64,000 bases of DNA from Xanthobacteraceae bacterium (GCA_035652315.1 DASREA010000034.1:15631-79630), one strand, 5' to 3'; shown: positions 49,802 to 60,466, numbered from the stretch's first letter. Numbers and translations are program-made. The notes: generated by a model from the sequence alone, not told the origin.

Positions 49802-51178
49802 ATGGCAGCGCGGGCGCAGCCAGATCGAAAGAGTCTTCGGGCCGCTCTCACCGACGCCGGTCTTGCCAGTCTGCTCGCCTTCTTTCTTTTCCTGCCGCTC
49901 GTCGCTTTCCGCACCGTGCAGAACCTGCAATCCGGCTTGCAGTTGGAGACGCGTTGGCCGCTTTTCCTGGCATTGGTTCTGGCGACGGCAGTAATACGCT
50001 TTCTCTATCTCGTCGCGATCGAGCCGGCCCTGGCCGGCGAACGAGCGAAACCAGGCACGGCCGATCAGCGGCTCCTCGCGATTCGCGCCGCCTTCACCAG
50101 GCTGTTCGCGCCAGTCGCACTCGGATTCGCCGTGGCCTACCCGATCTTCATTCTTCTCGTCGCCGGTACGGGCGGCGCGTCAAAATGGATCGACAATTTC
50201 GGCATTCAGATCTTGATCTATGTAATGCTCGGGCTCGGCCTCAACATCGTGGTCGGCCTCGCCGGCCTGCTCGATCTCGGTTACGTGGCCTTCTACGCTG
50301 TCGGCGCCTATTCCTACGCGCTGATCGCCAAGAACTTCGGTCTTTCCTTCTGGATGCTGCTGCCTGTCTCCGGGATTCTCGCGGCATTCTGGGGAATTCT
50401 CCTCGGCTTCCCGGTTTTGCGACTGCGCGGCGACTATCTTGCGATCGTGACGCTCGCCTTCGGCGAAATCATCCGCATCGTGCTGACCAATTGGGTGCCG
50501 GTGACGCACGGCCCCGCCGGCATCTCCGGCATTCCGCGGCCGACGTTTTTCGGGATTCCTTTCGACACATCGGAACATGGTTTTGCCGCAGTCTTGGGCG
50601 TGCCGTTCAATCCGATGCATCGCACGCTATTCTTATATTACGTGATCCTCGCTCTGGTGATGGTCACGGCCTTCGTTACCTGGCGACTTCGCGGTCTGCC
50701 GATCGGGCGTGCTTGGGAAGCCTTGCGGGAGGATGAGATCGCCTGCCGCTCCCTCGGTATCAACACAACGAATACCAAGCTCACCGCATTCGCCACCGGT
50801 GCTTTGCTCGGCGGGCTGGCCGGCTCCTTCTTCTCCGCCCGCCAAGGATTCATTTCGCCGGAGTCCTTCACCTTCATCGAATCCGCGACCATCCTGTCCA
50901 TCGTCGTGCTGGGCGGCATGGGCAGCCAAGCCGGCGTCGCCATTGCCGCCATCGTGCTGGTCGGCGGCACCGAAATCATGCGCGAGCTTGATTTCCTCAA
51001 AACCATCTTCGGCCCCGACTTCGATCCCATCCAGTACCGGATGCTGCTGTTCGGCCTGGCCATGGTGCTGATCATGATCTGGAAGCCACGAGGGCTGATC
51101 TCGACGCGCCAGCCGACAGTCTTTCTCAAGGAAAGGAAGACGATCGCCGCCGACCTGCTGAAAGAGGGACGCGGATGA
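49802..51178 (+). CDS. livM: Branched-chain amino-acid ABC transporter permease (long N-terminal extension)
   Basis: Shows LGLNIVVGLAGLLDLGYVAFYAVGAY and GDYLAIVTLAFGEI. The ATG is 1 nt after the livH stop. Confidence 0.85.
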   Translation: MAARAQPDRKSLRAALTDAGLASLLAFFLFLPLVAFRTVQNLQSGLQLETRWPLFLALVLATAVIRFLYLVAIEPALAGERAKPGTADQRLLAIRAAFTRLFAPVALGFAVAYPIFILLVAGTGGASKWIDNFGIQILIYVMLGLGLNIVVGLAGLLDLGYVAFYAVGAYSYALIAKNFGLSFWMLLPVSGILAAFWGILLGFPVLRLRGDYLAIVTLAFGEIIRIVLTNWVPVTHGPAGISGIPRPTFFGIPFDTSEHGFAAVLGVPFNPMHRTLFLYYVILALVMVTAFVTWRLRGLPIGRAWEALREDEIACRSLGINTTNTKLTAFATGALLGGLAGSFFSARQGFISPESFTFIESATILSIVVLGGMGSQAGVAIAAIVLVGGTEIMRELDFLKTIFGPDFDPIQYRMLLFGLAMVLIMIWKPRGLISTRQPTVFLKERKTIAADLLKEGRG

Positions 51179-52086
51179 CGTCTCGGCCGCGCGATGCGGT
51201 ATTGCGCGTGGAGCATTTGACCATGCGCTTTGGCGGGCTCCTGGCCGTGCAGGACCTGTCGTTCGAGGCGCGGCGCGGCATGATCACCGCGCTGATCGGG
51301 CCGAATGGAGCCGGCAAGACCACCGTCTTCAACTGCATCACCGGATTCTACAAGCCGACCGAAGGCCGGATCGCACTGCATCACGGCAACCCGACGCTAT
51401 GGGACGAGCTTGAAACCATTACCGGCAGTGGCGCGCGCAGCATCCGCCGCGGCGACGGCGCGCTGTTTCTTCTGGAGCGGATGCCGGATTATTTGGTGAC
51501 GCGGCGAGCTCGCGTGACTCGCACCTTTCAGAATATCCGGCTGTTCCAGGGAATGAGCGTCCTGGAAAATCTGCTGGTTGCCCAGCACAACCCGCTGATG
51601 CTCGCTTCCGGCTTCACCGTGCTGGGTATCCTCGGCTTTCGCTCCTATGCGCAGGCCCAGCGGCACGCCATCGACAAGGCCTGCTACTGGCTCGAGCGCA
51701 TCGGCCTGCTGAATCGGGCCGACGATGCGGCGGGCGAACTGCCCTATGGCGCGCAGCGCCGTCTCGAAATCGCGCGCGCCATGTGCGCCGATCCTGTGCT
51801 GCTTTGCCTAGACGAGCCGGCGGCGGGTTTAAACCCGCGGGAAAGCGGCGAGCTCAACGAGCTTCTGCTCTCCATTCGCGGCGAGCACGACACGTCGATT
51901 CTCCTGATCGAACACGACATGTCGGTGGTCATGGGCATTTCCGACCACATCGTCGTGCTCGATCACGGCGTCAAGATCGCCGATGGCGCACCCGCGGACG
52001 TCCGCAACGACAAGAACGTCATTGCCGCTTATCTCGGCATCGAGGAGGAAGAGGTGAAAAAGGCGGAAGCGGAGGTAGGGTTGTGA
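51175..52086 (+). CDS. livG: Branched-chain amino-acid ABC transporter ATP-binding protein
   Basis: Walker A GPNGAGKTT, LPYGAQRRLEIARA and LLCLDEPAAGL. There is an ATGA overlap with livM. Confidence 0.9.
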   Translation: MTSRPRDAVLRVEHLTMRFGGLLAVQDLSFEARRGMITALIGPNGAGKTTVFNCITGFYKPTEGRIALHHGNPTLWDELETITGSGARSIRRGDGALFLLERMPDYLVTRRARVTRTFQNIRLFQGMSVLENLLVAQHNPLMLASGFTVLGILGFRSYAQAQRHAIDKACYWLERIGLLNRADDAAGELPYGAQRRLEIARAMCADPVLLCLDEPAAGLNPRESGELNELLLSIRGEHDTSILLIEHDMSVVMGISDHIVVLDHGVKIADGAPADVRNDKNVIAAYLGIEEEEVKKAEAEVGL

Positions 52087-52820
52087 AAGAGCCGTTGCTT
52101 TCCGTCCGCGGCGTGCAAGCCTTCTACGGCCGCATCATGGCGCTGCGCGGGGTCGATCTTGAAGTGTATGAAGGTGAGATCGTCACCCTGATCGGCGCCA
52201 ACGGCGCCGGCAAATCGACCTTGATGATGACGGTTTGCGGCGATCCGCGTGCGCGCGCGGGGCAAATTATTTTCGACGGCCGCGATATTTCACAGCTTCC
52301 GACCCATGAGATCGCCCAACTGAAAATCGCCCAATCACCCGAGGGGCGCCGCATCTTCGCCCGCATGACCGTGATGGAAAATCTGCAGATGGGCAGCATT
52401 GTCGCCGACCGGCGGCATTTCGCCGAGGATCTAGAACGCGCTCTCAAACTCTTTCCTCACTTGCGCGAGCGGCTCGACCAGCGCGGAGGCACGCTTTCCG
52501 GCGGCGAGCAGCAGATGCTGTCCATCGCCCGCGCCCTGATGAGCCGGCCACGGCTGCTTTTGCTTGATGAACCTTCGCTCGGTCTGGCGCCTTTGGTCGC
52601 GCGGCAAATCTTCGATGCCATCCGCGAACTGAACCAGCGAGAAGGATTGACGGTCTTTCTTGTCGAGCAGAATGCCTTTCACGCGCTCAAGCTGGCGCAT
52701 CGCGGCTATGTCATGGTCAACGGCAGCATCACTATGTCCGGCACTGGTAGCGAATTGCTGGCGCGGCCGGAGGTCAGATCGGCCTATTTGGAAGGGGGGC
52801 GGCTGCGAGCCGCGCCATGA
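52083..52820 (+). CDS. livF: Branched-chain amino-acid ABC transporter ATP-binding protein
   Basis: The GTG 52083 start makes a GTGA overlap with the livG stop. Shows GANGAGKST, LSGGEQQMLSIARAL and LLLLDEPSLGLAP. Confidence 0.9.
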   Translation: MKEPLLSVRGVQAFYGRIMALRGVDLEVYEGEIVTLIGANGAGKSTLMMTVCGDPRARAGQIIFDGRDISQLPTHEIAQLKIAQSPEGRRIFARMTVMENLQMGSIVADRRHFAEDLERALKLFPHLRERLDQRGGTLSGGEQQMLSIARALMSRPRLLLLDEPSLGLAPLVARQIFDAIRELNQREGLTVFLVEQNAFHALKLAHRGYVMVNGSITMSGTGSELLARPEVRSAYLEGGRLRAAP

Positions 52821-53164
52821 TCCGAAACTTTCTTTTCGAAGAGCACTCCATCGGCGTCTTCGTGCTGGTCACGCTGATCCTTGGCGGCGGCGCCGCCTGG
52901 CTGACCGGGCGCGCGATCGCGCTGACATGGCGGCCCTGGTGGCAAATGATCGGTTATACGCTGCTGCTCGGGCTCACCGTGCGGTTCATTCATTTCGCGC
53001 TGTTCCAGGCCACTTTCCTCTCGCTTTATTATTATCTGATCGACACGGCATTCTGCTTCGTCTTCGGCTCGCTTGGTTATGCCGCGACGCGCGCCAGCCA
53101 AATGGCCACGCAATATCATTGGCTGCATCGCCGCACCGGGCCGTTTTCCTGGTCGCGCCGCTAG
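52817..53164 (+). CDS. Small membrane protein following livF (DUF6867-like; name from memory)
   Basis: 115 aa, 3-4 TM segments, ATGA overlap with the livF stop. Confidence 0.6.
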   Translation: MIRNFLFEEHSIGVFVLVTLILGGGAAWLTGRAIALTWRPWWQMIGYTLLLGLTVRFIHFALFQATFLSLYYYLIDTAFCFVFGSLGYAATRASQMATQYHWLHRRTGPFSWSRR

Positions 53165-53895
53165 CCGATGGCCGCCAAACCGGGGAAGGTTTCCAGCAGC
53201 CATTGGCTGACTTCCGTGATCCAGCCAGTAAGAAAGGCGATGCCGGCGAGGACGAGCAAGCCACCCATCGCTTTCTCCACCTTGGCGAGATGTGCGCGAA
53301 ACCGGGCGAGAAAAGCGGCAAAGGGCTCGACGGCCAAGGCAGCCAAGAGAAAGGGGATGCCGAGTCCGAGCGAATAGACCGCCAACAATCCGGCGCCTTT
53401 CGTGACCGTCGCTTCCGAGGCGGCGATCGCCAGGATCGCTGCCAGCACCGGGCCGATGCACGGCGTCCAGCCGAAGGCGAACGCAAGTCCCATGATGTAA
53501 GCGCCCCATAAGCCCACCGGCTTGGGCACATGGAAGCGCTTTTGCCGCGTCAACCACTCGATGTGAAGCAATCCGAGGAAGTGTAAACCCATGAGAACGA
53601 TGGCGAGGCCCGCGACTTTGGACAGCATATTTGCATAGGCATGCACCAGCGCGCCGACAGCGCTGGCACTGGCGCCGAGCGCGACAAAGATCGTGGAGAA
53701 ACCGAGCACGAAAAGCAGCGCGCCGGCAATCGTCTCGCGCCTCACCTTGGGCTCCGGCTCGGCGTCGGCAAAGCGTTCCAGCGACAAACCCGAAAGGTAA
53801 ACCAGATACGGCGGCACCAGCGGCAGCACGCAAGGGGACAAAAAGCTGATGAGGCCGGCGAGCAGCGCGGCGCCGATGGAAATCTCGTTGTTCAT
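53161..53895 (-). CDS. ccdA: Cytochrome c biogenesis thiol-disulfide transporter CcdA (DsbD-family)
   Basis: Shows FLSPCVLPLVPPYL and WTPCIGPVLAAIL (the two conserved Cys motifs) in a six-TM protein. Confidence 0.85.
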   Translation of the reverse strand: MNNEISIGAALLAGLISFLSPCVLPLVPPYLVYLSGLSLERFADAEPEPKVRRETIAGALLFVLGFSTIFVALGASASAVGALVHAYANMLSKVAGLAIVLMGLHFLGLLHIEWLTRQKRFHVPKPVGLWGAYIMGLAFAFGWTPCIGPVLAAILAIAASEATVTKGAGLLAVYSLGLGIPFLLAALAVEPFAAFLARFRAHLAKVEKAMGGLLVLAGIAFLTGWITEVSQWLLETFPGLAAIG

Positions 53896-54000
53896 GCGCG
53901 GTTCAATGGATCATCGTCTGCGGCGAGGCAAGCTTCACGCGCCTCCTCGCCTGGAGAAATTCGGCCGCACTGCTATGCTTGCTACCCGGAGGAACGGCGC

Positions 54001-54996
54001 TTGCGCAATCTTATCACGGATGTTCCCGGCGTCCGCGTGGGCCATGCCGGCGACGCGCGGCTCGGATCCGGGGTGACCGTGGTGCTCTTTGACGAGCCCG
54101 CCGTCGCCAGCTTCGACCTGCGCGGCGGCGGGCCCGGCACGCGCGAGACCGCGCTGCTCGATCCAGCGAAAACCGTCAGCGGTGTCGATGCCATCGCATT
54201 ATCCGGCGGCTCCGCTTTCGGTCTCGATGCCGCTTCGGGCGCGCAGGCCTGGTTGCGCGAGCAAGGTCGCGGCTTTGCCGTGCGCTCCGCGCGGGTGCCG
54301 ATCGTGCCCGGAGCGATCCTCTTCGACCTTCTCAACGGCGGCGACAAGAATTGGGGCCGTTATCCGCCCTATCGCGATTTCGGTTATGCGGCGACCGCCG
54401 CCGCTGCCGGCGAATTCGCCTTGGGCAGCGTCGGCGCCGGACTCGGCGCCACAACCGCGAATCTGAAAGGCGGCATCGGATCCGCCTCCGCCGAAATCGA
54501 CAACATAACGATCGGCGCCTTGGCCGCCGTGAACGCCGCAGGAAGCGCCGTCGTCGGCGGCGGACCGTGCTTTTGGGCGGCGCCATTCGAGCAAAGCGGC
54601 GAATTCGGCGCTTGCGGTATGCCCGAGCAAATCGACGCAAAAATGTTGGAGCCGCGCACCAAGGGCACGCCGCAGACCAGCACGACGCTGGTCGTGGTGG
54701 CAACCAACGCGGCTTTGACCAAAGCGGAAGCCAATCGAATCGCGGTCATGGCGCAAACCGGCGTTGCCCGCGCCATCTATCCAGTGCACACGCCGCTGGA
54801 CGGTGATGTGCTGTTCGCCGCGTCGACCGGGCGCAAGCCGCTGGCCGATCCGGTCATCACCCTGACGCGGCTCGGCACTGTCGCCGCGAATGTGACGGCG
54901 CGCGCCATCGCCCGGGCGATCTATGAAGCGCGCGCCCTGCCCTTCCCCGCCGCGCTGCCGAGTTGGCATGACAAATTCGGCGGCGGCAAATCATGA
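54001..54996 (+). CDS. Peptidase family S58 / DmpA-like (P1-type aminopeptidase)
   Basis: Shows NLITDVPGVRVGHAGD, GVTVVLF and GGGPGTRET. There is no in-frame ATG. TTG 54001 lies 7 nt after GGAGGA (53988-53993); the track ORF starts far upstream inside ccdA. Confidence 0.75.
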   Translation: MRNLITDVPGVRVGHAGDARLGSGVTVVLFDEPAVASFDLRGGGPGTRETALLDPAKTVSGVDAIALSGGSAFGLDAASGAQAWLREQGRGFAVRSARVPIVPGAILFDLLNGGDKNWGRYPPYRDFGYAATAAAAGEFALGSVGAGLGATTANLKGGIGSASAEIDNITIGALAAVNAAGSAVVGGGPCFWAAPFEQSGEFGACGMPEQIDAKMLEPRTKGTPQTSTTLVVVATNAALTKAEANRIAVMAQTGVARAIYPVHTPLDGDVLFAASTGRKPLADPVITLTRLGTVAANVTARAIARAIYEARALPFPAALPSWHDKFGGGKS

Positions 54997-55045
54997 AACA
55001 ACCGCGGGCGGCATCGCGTTATCCTGAAATCATCGGGATGCCCCA

Positions 55046-55252
55046 ATGCCGTCTACCGCCATCCGCGATTTTTCCTATGACGAGCCCAGGCGCCGGCTGT
55101 TCGTGACCTTCGTCACCGACCGGCAATATGTTTATTTCGAGGTGCCGCCGGAGGTCTACCGCACCTTTCGCGCGGCAGGATCGCGCGGACGCTTCTTCAA
55201 TACCGAAGTGCGCGATCAATACGATTTTCGCGAAATCACCAACGCCGCTTAG
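55046..55252 (+). CDS. KTSC domain-containing protein
   Basis: 68 aa: IRDFSYDEPRRRLFVTFVTDRQYVYFEVPPEVYRTFRAAGSRGRFFNTEVR. Confidence 0.75.
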   Translation: MPSTAIRDFSYDEPRRRLFVTFVTDRQYVYFEVPPEVYRTFRAAGSRGRFFNTEVRDQYDFREITNAA

Positions 55253-55276
55253 CGGTTTCCTTTGCCGGTACCTGCT

Positions 55277-56521
55277 TTAGAGAAACCGCTCCGCCGCATA
55301 GGGCTGCGGATCGCAGAAGGGCGTGGCGCCGGTGATCAGTTCGGCAAGGAGGCGCCCCGTCGCCGGGCCGAGCGTCAGACCCCAATGGGCATGGCCATAG
55401 GCGAGCCAGAGCCCGGTCTGCCCTGGAGCCGGTCCAATCACCGGCCGCGAATCCGAAAAGCATGGGCGCTTGCCAAGCCAGGTGCTCGGCTCGCTGCGCT
55501 CCCCCAAAGGAAACAGCTCACGCGCCGCCGGCATGAGCCTGTCGAATTGAGCCGGCGTCGGCGGGGCATCGCGGGAGGCGAACTCCGCGCCGGTGGTAAT
55601 GCGCAGGCCCTGCTCCATCGGCGCCAAGCAATAGCCGTAATCGGCATCGAGCACCGGGCGGGAGAACGGCTGCCCTCCGGCTTGGCGGAAATGGCGGTGA
55701 TAGCCGCGCTTGATGCCGAGCGGCAGGCGGATGCCGAGCGGCTCCAGCACGTCCGGCGCCCATGGCCCAAGCGCGATCACGCAATTCGCGCCGTCGAGTG
55801 GGCCTTCCGCGGTGTCGACGCGCCACTGGATGCCGGAACGGTGCAGCGAACGGGCATCGCCTTTGAGCGCGATGCCGCCGAGCGCCGCGAAACGCGCGGC
55901 GTAAGCGCGGGTCACCGCGAGCGGATTGCTCACGCTCGCCGCCGAGGGCCAAAAGATGCCGTGACGGAATACCGGAGCCAATGCCGGCTCCAGCGCCCGC
56001 GCGCCGGCCACGTCGAGTATCTGGAAGGAAAGGCCGAACTGCCGCGCGACGTCGAGCTCGGGCTTCATCGCCGCGAAGCTGTCGTCGCTCCGATAGAGCT
56101 TGAGCCATCCACTCTTGCGCAAATATCGCTCGGCGCCGGACTCCGCCATCAGCACTTCATGCTCGGGAACCGCGCGCGCAAATAACGGACGCATGGCTTT
56201 CGCGGTTTCGATCAGGCGATCGGGACGGGATGCCCGCCAGAAGGCCAGCAGCCACGGCGCCACGCGCGGCAGAAAGGTCAAATCATAATTCGCCTCGGGC
56301 GCGCGGCCGAGCGCGATGCGGGCCAGCGCGCGCAGCCCGCGCGGAAAAATCGGTGGAAATACCGTGTTGCCTTCGATGACCCCGGCATTGCCATAAGAAG
56401 TTTCCTGGCCCGGCTCGCCGCGGTCCACCAGGGCCACCGACAGCCCGCGCTTGGCCAGATGCAGGGCCACCGACGTCCCGACGATCCCTGCACCGAGAAC
56501 AATTGCGTCAGCGCGCGCCAT
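55277..56521 (-). CDS. FAD-dependent oxidoreductase (DAO / D-amino-acid dehydrogenase-like)
   Basis: I moved the start to ATG 56521 ([26 protein letters not shown], a GxGxxG motif). The track ORF extends 109 codons further upstream into the rpe region. Confidence 0.8.
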   Translation of the reverse strand: MARADAIVLGAGIVGTSVALHLAKRGLSVALVDRGEPGQETSYGNAGVIEGNTVFPPIFPRGLRALARIALGRAPEANYDLTFLPRVAPWLLAFWRASRPDRLIETAKAMRPLFARAVPEHEVLMAESGAERYLRKSGWLKLYRSDDSFAAMKPELDVARQFGLSFQILDVAGARALEPALAPVFRHGIFWPSAASVSNPLAVTRAYAARFAALGGIALKGDARSLHRSGIQWRVDTAEGPLDGANCVIALGPWAPDVLEPLGIRLPLGIKRGYHRHFRQAGGQPFSRPVLDADYGYCLAPMEQGLRITTGAEFASRDAPPTPAQFDRLMPAARELFPLGERSEPSTWLGKRPCFSDSRPVIGPAPGQTGLWLAYGHAHWGLTLGPATGRLLAELITGATPFCDPQPYAAERFL

Positions 56522-56666
56522 GAGGATCAACCTTCCCTTACCTTGCGTGGAATCACTGCCGGGGTTCTCATATAGGATGCTATTTCCCGGTGTTAAGCTC
56601 CACCGGAAGCGCTCATTGCCCATGTCGCGGCGGCGTGTTACCCGAACCTCGTTCAGGGAGATTCCC

Positions 56667-57344
56667 ATGGCCCGACCGCTTGCGATCGCACCGTCCATAC
56701 TGGCGGCGGATTTCGCCAAGCTCGGCGAGGAGATCCGGGCGGTGGAAGCGGCCGGCGCGGACTGGATCCACGTCGACGTGATGGACGGACATTTCGTCCC
56801 CAACATCACCATCGGTCCGGACGTGGTGAAGGCGCTGCGGCCACACACCAGGAAGACGCTCGACGTCCACTTGATGATCGCGCCCTGCGATCCTTATCTC
56901 GAAGCCTTTGCCAAGGCCGGCTCCGACATCATCACCGTGCATGTCGAGGCGGGTCCGCATCTGCACCGCTCGCTGCAGGCGATCCGCGCCCTGGGTAAGA
57001 AGGCCGGAGTCTCGCTCAATCCGGCAACGCCGGAGTCCAGCATCGAATACGTGCTCGACATGATCGATCTGGTCCTGGTCATGTCGGTCAATCCCGGCTT
57101 CGGCGGCCAGGCTTTCATTAAATCGGCCGTGGAAAAAATCGCGCGGCTACGGGCGATGATCGGCGGCCGGCCGATCGACATTGAAGTGGACGGCGGCATC
57201 ACACCGGAGACAGCACCGCTGGTGACACGCGCCGGCGCCAACGTGCTCGTCGCGGGCTCAGCTGTATTCAAGGGCGGCAATTACAAGGGCAATATCGCAG
57301 CGATCCGCAATGCCGCCGCTCTGGCACGCGGGGAAGCAGCGTGA
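56667..57344 (+). CDS. rpe: Ribulose-phosphate 3-epimerase
   Basis: Shows [34 protein letters not shown] and [14 protein letters not shown] moved the start to ATG 56667. Confidence 0.92.
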   Translation: MARPLAIAPSILAADFAKLGEEIRAVEAAGADWIHVDVMDGHFVPNITIGPDVVKALRPHTRKTLDVHLMIAPCDPYLEAFAKAGSDIITVHVEAGPHLHRSLQAIRALGKKAGVSLNPATPESSIEYVLDMIDLVLVMSVNPGFGGQAFIKSAVEKIARLRAMIGGRPIDIEVDGGITPETAPLVTRAGANVLVAGSAVFKGGNYKGNIAAIRNAAALARGEAA

Positions 57345-58648
57345 TCCCCCGTTACTCCCGTCCCCAAATGGCGGCGATCTGGTCGCCGGAATCGAAATTC
57401 CGTATCTGGTTCGAGATCGAGGCGCACGCCGCCGATGCCATGGCCGAGCTTGGCATCATTCCCAAGGAGGCGGCGAAAAAGATTTGGGAAAAGGGCAAGA
57501 ACGCCAAATTCGATGTGGCGCGCATCGACGCCATCGAAGCCGAGGTCAAGCACGACGTCATCGCCTTCCTGACGCATCTTGCCGAGATCGTCGGACCGGA
57601 GGCGCGCTTCGTCCATTCTGGCATGACGTCCTCCGACGTGCTCGATACCTGCTTCAATATCCAGCTCGTGCGCGCCGCAGAGCTGCTCATCGCCGACGTC
57701 GACAAATTGCTGGCGGGGCTGAAGCGGCGCGCCTTCGAATATAAGCTGACGCCGACCATCGGCCGCTCCCATGGCGTGCACGCGGAGCCGACGACCTTCG
57801 GGCTCAAGCTCGCCTACGCCTACGCCGAATTCTTTCGCGCCAAGGAACGGTTGATCTGCGCGCGCACCGAAGTGGCGACCTGCGCCATTTCCGGCGCGGT
57901 CGGCACCTTCGCCCAAGTCGATCCGCGCGTCGAAGAGCATGTCGCCAAGGCGCTCGGCTTGGCTGTCGAGCCGGTGTCGACGCAAATCATTCCTCGCGAC
58001 CGCCACGCCATGTTTTTCGCCACGCTCGGCGTCGTCGCCTCCTCCATCGAACGGCTGGCCACGGAAATCCGCCATTTGCAGCGGACGGAAGTTCTCGAAG
58101 CCGAAGAGTTCTTCTCCGCCGGGCAGAAAGGCTCTTCCGCCATGCCGCATAAGCGCAACCCGGTGCTGAGCGAGAACCTCACCGGGCTCGCGCGCATGGT
58201 GCGCGCCTATGCATTGCCGGCGATGGAGGACGTGGCGCTGTGGCACGAGCGCGACATCTCGCATTCCTCGGTCGAGCGCATGATCGGGCCCGATGCCACG
58301 GTGACGCTCGATTTCGCCTTGGCGCGGCTCGCCGGCGTCATCGACAAGCTCGTCGTCTATCCGGACAATATGAAGAAAAATCTCGACCGCCTCGGCGGCC
58401 TTGTGCATTCGCAGCGCGTGCTCATCGCCTTGACGCAGAAGGGCGTGGCGCGCGAAGACGCCTATCGCCTCGTTCAGCGCAATGCCATGAAGGTGTGGAA
58501 CGGCGAAGGCGATTTCCTCACCCTGCTCAAAGCCGACAAGGACGTGCGCGCCAAGCTGACTGACAAAGAGATCGAGACCAATTTCGATCTCGGCTATCAT
58601 TTCAAGCACGTGGACACGGTCTTTCAGCGAGTCTTCGGCCAATCATAA
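57341..58648 (+). CDS. purB: Adenylosuccinate lyase
   Basis: [17 protein letters not shown]... and [11 protein letters not shown]. The GTG start overlaps the rpe stop (GTGA). Confidence 0.92.
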   Translation: MIPRYSRPQMAAIWSPESKFRIWFEIEAHAADAMAELGIIPKEAAKKIWEKGKNAKFDVARIDAIEAEVKHDVIAFLTHLAEIVGPEARFVHSGMTSSDVLDTCFNIQLVRAAELLIADVDKLLAGLKRRAFEYKLTPTIGRSHGVHAEPTTFGLKLAYAYAEFFRAKERLICARTEVATCAISGAVGTFAQVDPRVEEHVAKALGLAVEPVSTQIIPRDRHAMFFATLGVVASSIERLATEIRHLQRTEVLEAEEFFSAGQKGSSAMPHKRNPVLSENLTGLARMVRAYALPAMEDVALWHERDISHSSVERMIGPDATVTLDFALARLAGVIDKLVVYPDNMKKNLDRLGGLVHSQRVLIALTQKGVAREDAYRLVQRNAMKVWNGEGDFLTLLKADKDVRAKLTDKEIETNFDLGYHFKHVDTVFQRVFGQS

Positions 58649-58661
58649 CCGCCGATAAGCC

Positions 58662-59465
58662 GTGTCTGCGCCATCCATCGTCATCTTCGATTCGGGCCTC
58701 GGCGGCCTCACCGTGTATCGCGAGGTGTCCGCGGCGCGGCCCGACGCGCATTTCATCTACGCGGCCGACGATGCGGCCTTTCCCTACGGCCGTCTCGATG
58801 AGGCGGCGCTGGTCGCGCGGGTGACGCGCGTGATCGGCAAGCTGATCGAGGAATACCGGCCCGATCTCGTTGTCATCGCCTGCAACACCGCTTCCACGCT
58901 TGTTCTCCCCGAGCTGCGGGCGCGCTTTGGCGTGCCATTCGTCGGCACCGTTCCGGCGATCAAGCCGGCCTGCGCCGCATCGGTCAGCAGACTGGTCTCG
59001 GTACTCGGCACCGAAGGCACCGTCGGCAGGGAATATACCCGCGGGCTGATCCGTCAATTCGCGAATGGCGCCGAGGTCACCCTCGTTGGGTCAGCCCGGC
59101 TGGCCGGTTACGCCGAGGCCGAATTACGCGGCGAACCGGTGAGCGACGAAGCGATCGGCCAAGAGATCGCGCCCTGTTTCGTCGATCGGGAGGGCCGCCG
59201 CACCGATTCGGTGGTCCTTGCCTGCACCCATTATCCCTTGTTGCGGCGGCGCTTCGAACGGGTGCAGCCCTGGCCGGTCACCTATATCGATCCGGCTCCG
59301 GCCATCGCCCGGCGGGTCGTGGACGTCATCGGACCGCTCCCGGCGGGCGCCAAAGCTTCCGGCGCGGCGCAAATGCTGCTGACCTCGGGGCGACATCCCG
59401 CCGGCAAACTGGGGGCAGTCCTCAAGGGCTTCGGAATCACGGCTTTTGGCGCGTTATCGGTTTGA
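58662..59465 (+). CDS. murI: Glutamate racemase
   Basis: Shows IFDSGLGGLTV, VIACNTAST and LACTHYPLL. GTG start. Confidence 0.9.
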   Translation: MSAPSIVIFDSGLGGLTVYREVSAARPDAHFIYAADDAAFPYGRLDEAALVARVTRVIGKLIEEYRPDLVVIACNTASTLVLPELRARFGVPFVGTVPAIKPACAASVSRLVSVLGTEGTVGREYTRGLIRQFANGAEVTLVGSARLAGYAEAELRGEPVSDEAIGQEIAPCFVDREGRRTDSVVLACTHYPLLRRRFERVQPWPVTYIDPAPAIARRVVDVIGPLPAGAKASGAAQMLLTSGRHPAGKLGAVLKGFGITAFGALSV

Positions 59466-59495
59466 CTTCGCGACCCTTTCTGCCTAGAACCAGCC

Positions 59496-59525
59496 GCCGC
59501 GCGGGTCTATGCCCGCGCGGCGTTT
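59496..59525 (+). terminator. Candidate terminator hairpin after murI (weak U tract)
   Basis: 10-bp stem GCCGCGCGGG / CCCGCGCGGC with loop TCTATG, followed by GTTTC. Confidence 0.4.
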
Positions 59526-59639
59526 CGCGACCCGTGGCGGGAACCGACGCTTTCGGTTCCGGCCTGTCGGTTCCGGGCAAAGCCTGGGACAGAGGAGGGC
59601 GCGTTTCCTCAACACAACGATCAACAGCAAGAGGACGCG

Positions 59640-60257
59640 ATGACAAAGCGCAACGAGGCGAAATACAAACTCGACCGCCGCATGGGCCAAAACATCTGGG
59701 GCCGCCCGAAGAGCCCCGTCAACCGCCGCGAATACGGGCCCGGCCAGCACGGCCAGCGCCGAAAAGGCAAACTCTCCGATTACGGCGTGCAGCTCCGCGC
59801 CAAGCAGAAGCTGCGCGGCTACTACGCCAATATTTCCGAGAAGCAGTTTCGCGGAATTTATGATGAAGCCATCCGCATGAAGGGCGATTCCGGCGCGCAC
59901 ATGATCGGCCTGCTGGAGCGCCGATTGGATGCCGTCATCTATCGCGCCAAATTCGTGCCGACGATCTTTGCCGCACGCCAGTTCATCAATCACGGCCATA
60001 TCAAGGTGAACGGCCGGCGCGTGAATATCCCGAGCTACCGCGTCAAGGTCGGCGATACGATCGAGGTCAAGGAAAGCTCCAAGCAACTCGCACTGGTTCT
60101 GGAGGCCGCCGCGCTCACCGAGCGTGACGTTCCGGACTATGTCGAGGTGAATCAGGGCAAGATGACCGCCAAGCTCACGCGCATCCCGACGCTGAGCGAG
60201 GTTCCCTATCCGGTGATGATGGAACCGCACCTCGTGGTGGAGTTCTATTCGCGCTAA
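59640..60257 (+). CDS. rpsD: 30S ribosomal protein S4
   Basis: Shows [41 protein letters not shown] and the S4 RNA-binding domain ([14 protein letters not shown]...[17 protein letters not shown]). Confidence 0.95.
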   Translation: MTKRNEAKYKLDRRMGQNIWGRPKSPVNRREYGPGQHGQRRKGKLSDYGVQLRAKQKLRGYYANISEKQFRGIYDEAIRMKGDSGAHMIGLLERRLDAVIYRAKFVPTIFAARQFINHGHIKVNGRRVNIPSYRVKVGDTIEVKESSKQLALVLEAAALTERDVPDYVEVNQGKMTAKLTRIPTLSEVPYPVMMEPHLVVEFYSR

Positions 60258-60301
60258 GCAGGCTCGCTCTCAAACATAGATACAATCTGGATTTGCGAAG
60301 A

Positions 60302-60328
60302 CCCCGGCTACTGCGCCGGGGGTTTTTT
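60302..60328 (+). terminator. Rho-independent terminator after rpsD
   Basis: Stem CCCCGGC / GCCGGGG with loop TACTGC, then a T6 run at 60323-60328. Confidence 0.8.
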
Positions 60329-60466
60329 GTGCGCTGCAGCGACTTATCTCGCCCGCGCAAAAGTTGTCCATAACTTGGGCGGGGTTGTTTGCAGCCGCGT
60401 TGTTTGATGTAGCTTTGGCGGCGCTAGTTAACCAAAGGGGATCTTACACCCAGGGGAGAATCGCAC

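Noticed and set aside
52784-53833. 349-aa minus-strand ORF overlapping ccdA and the post-livF membrane-protein gene.
   Set aside because: It is out of frame with ccdA, which shows the two conserved Cys motifs and six TM helices. The alternative frame is Arg/Gly/Ala-rich.
55251-55290. 9-bp stem AGCGGTTTC / GAAACCGCT spanning the stop codons of the convergent KTSC and FAD-oxidoreductase genes, considered as a bidirectional terminator.
   Set aside because: The 22-nt loop is large, there is no U tract on either side, and the 3' arm lies inside coding sequence. The evidence is too weak to call it a feature.
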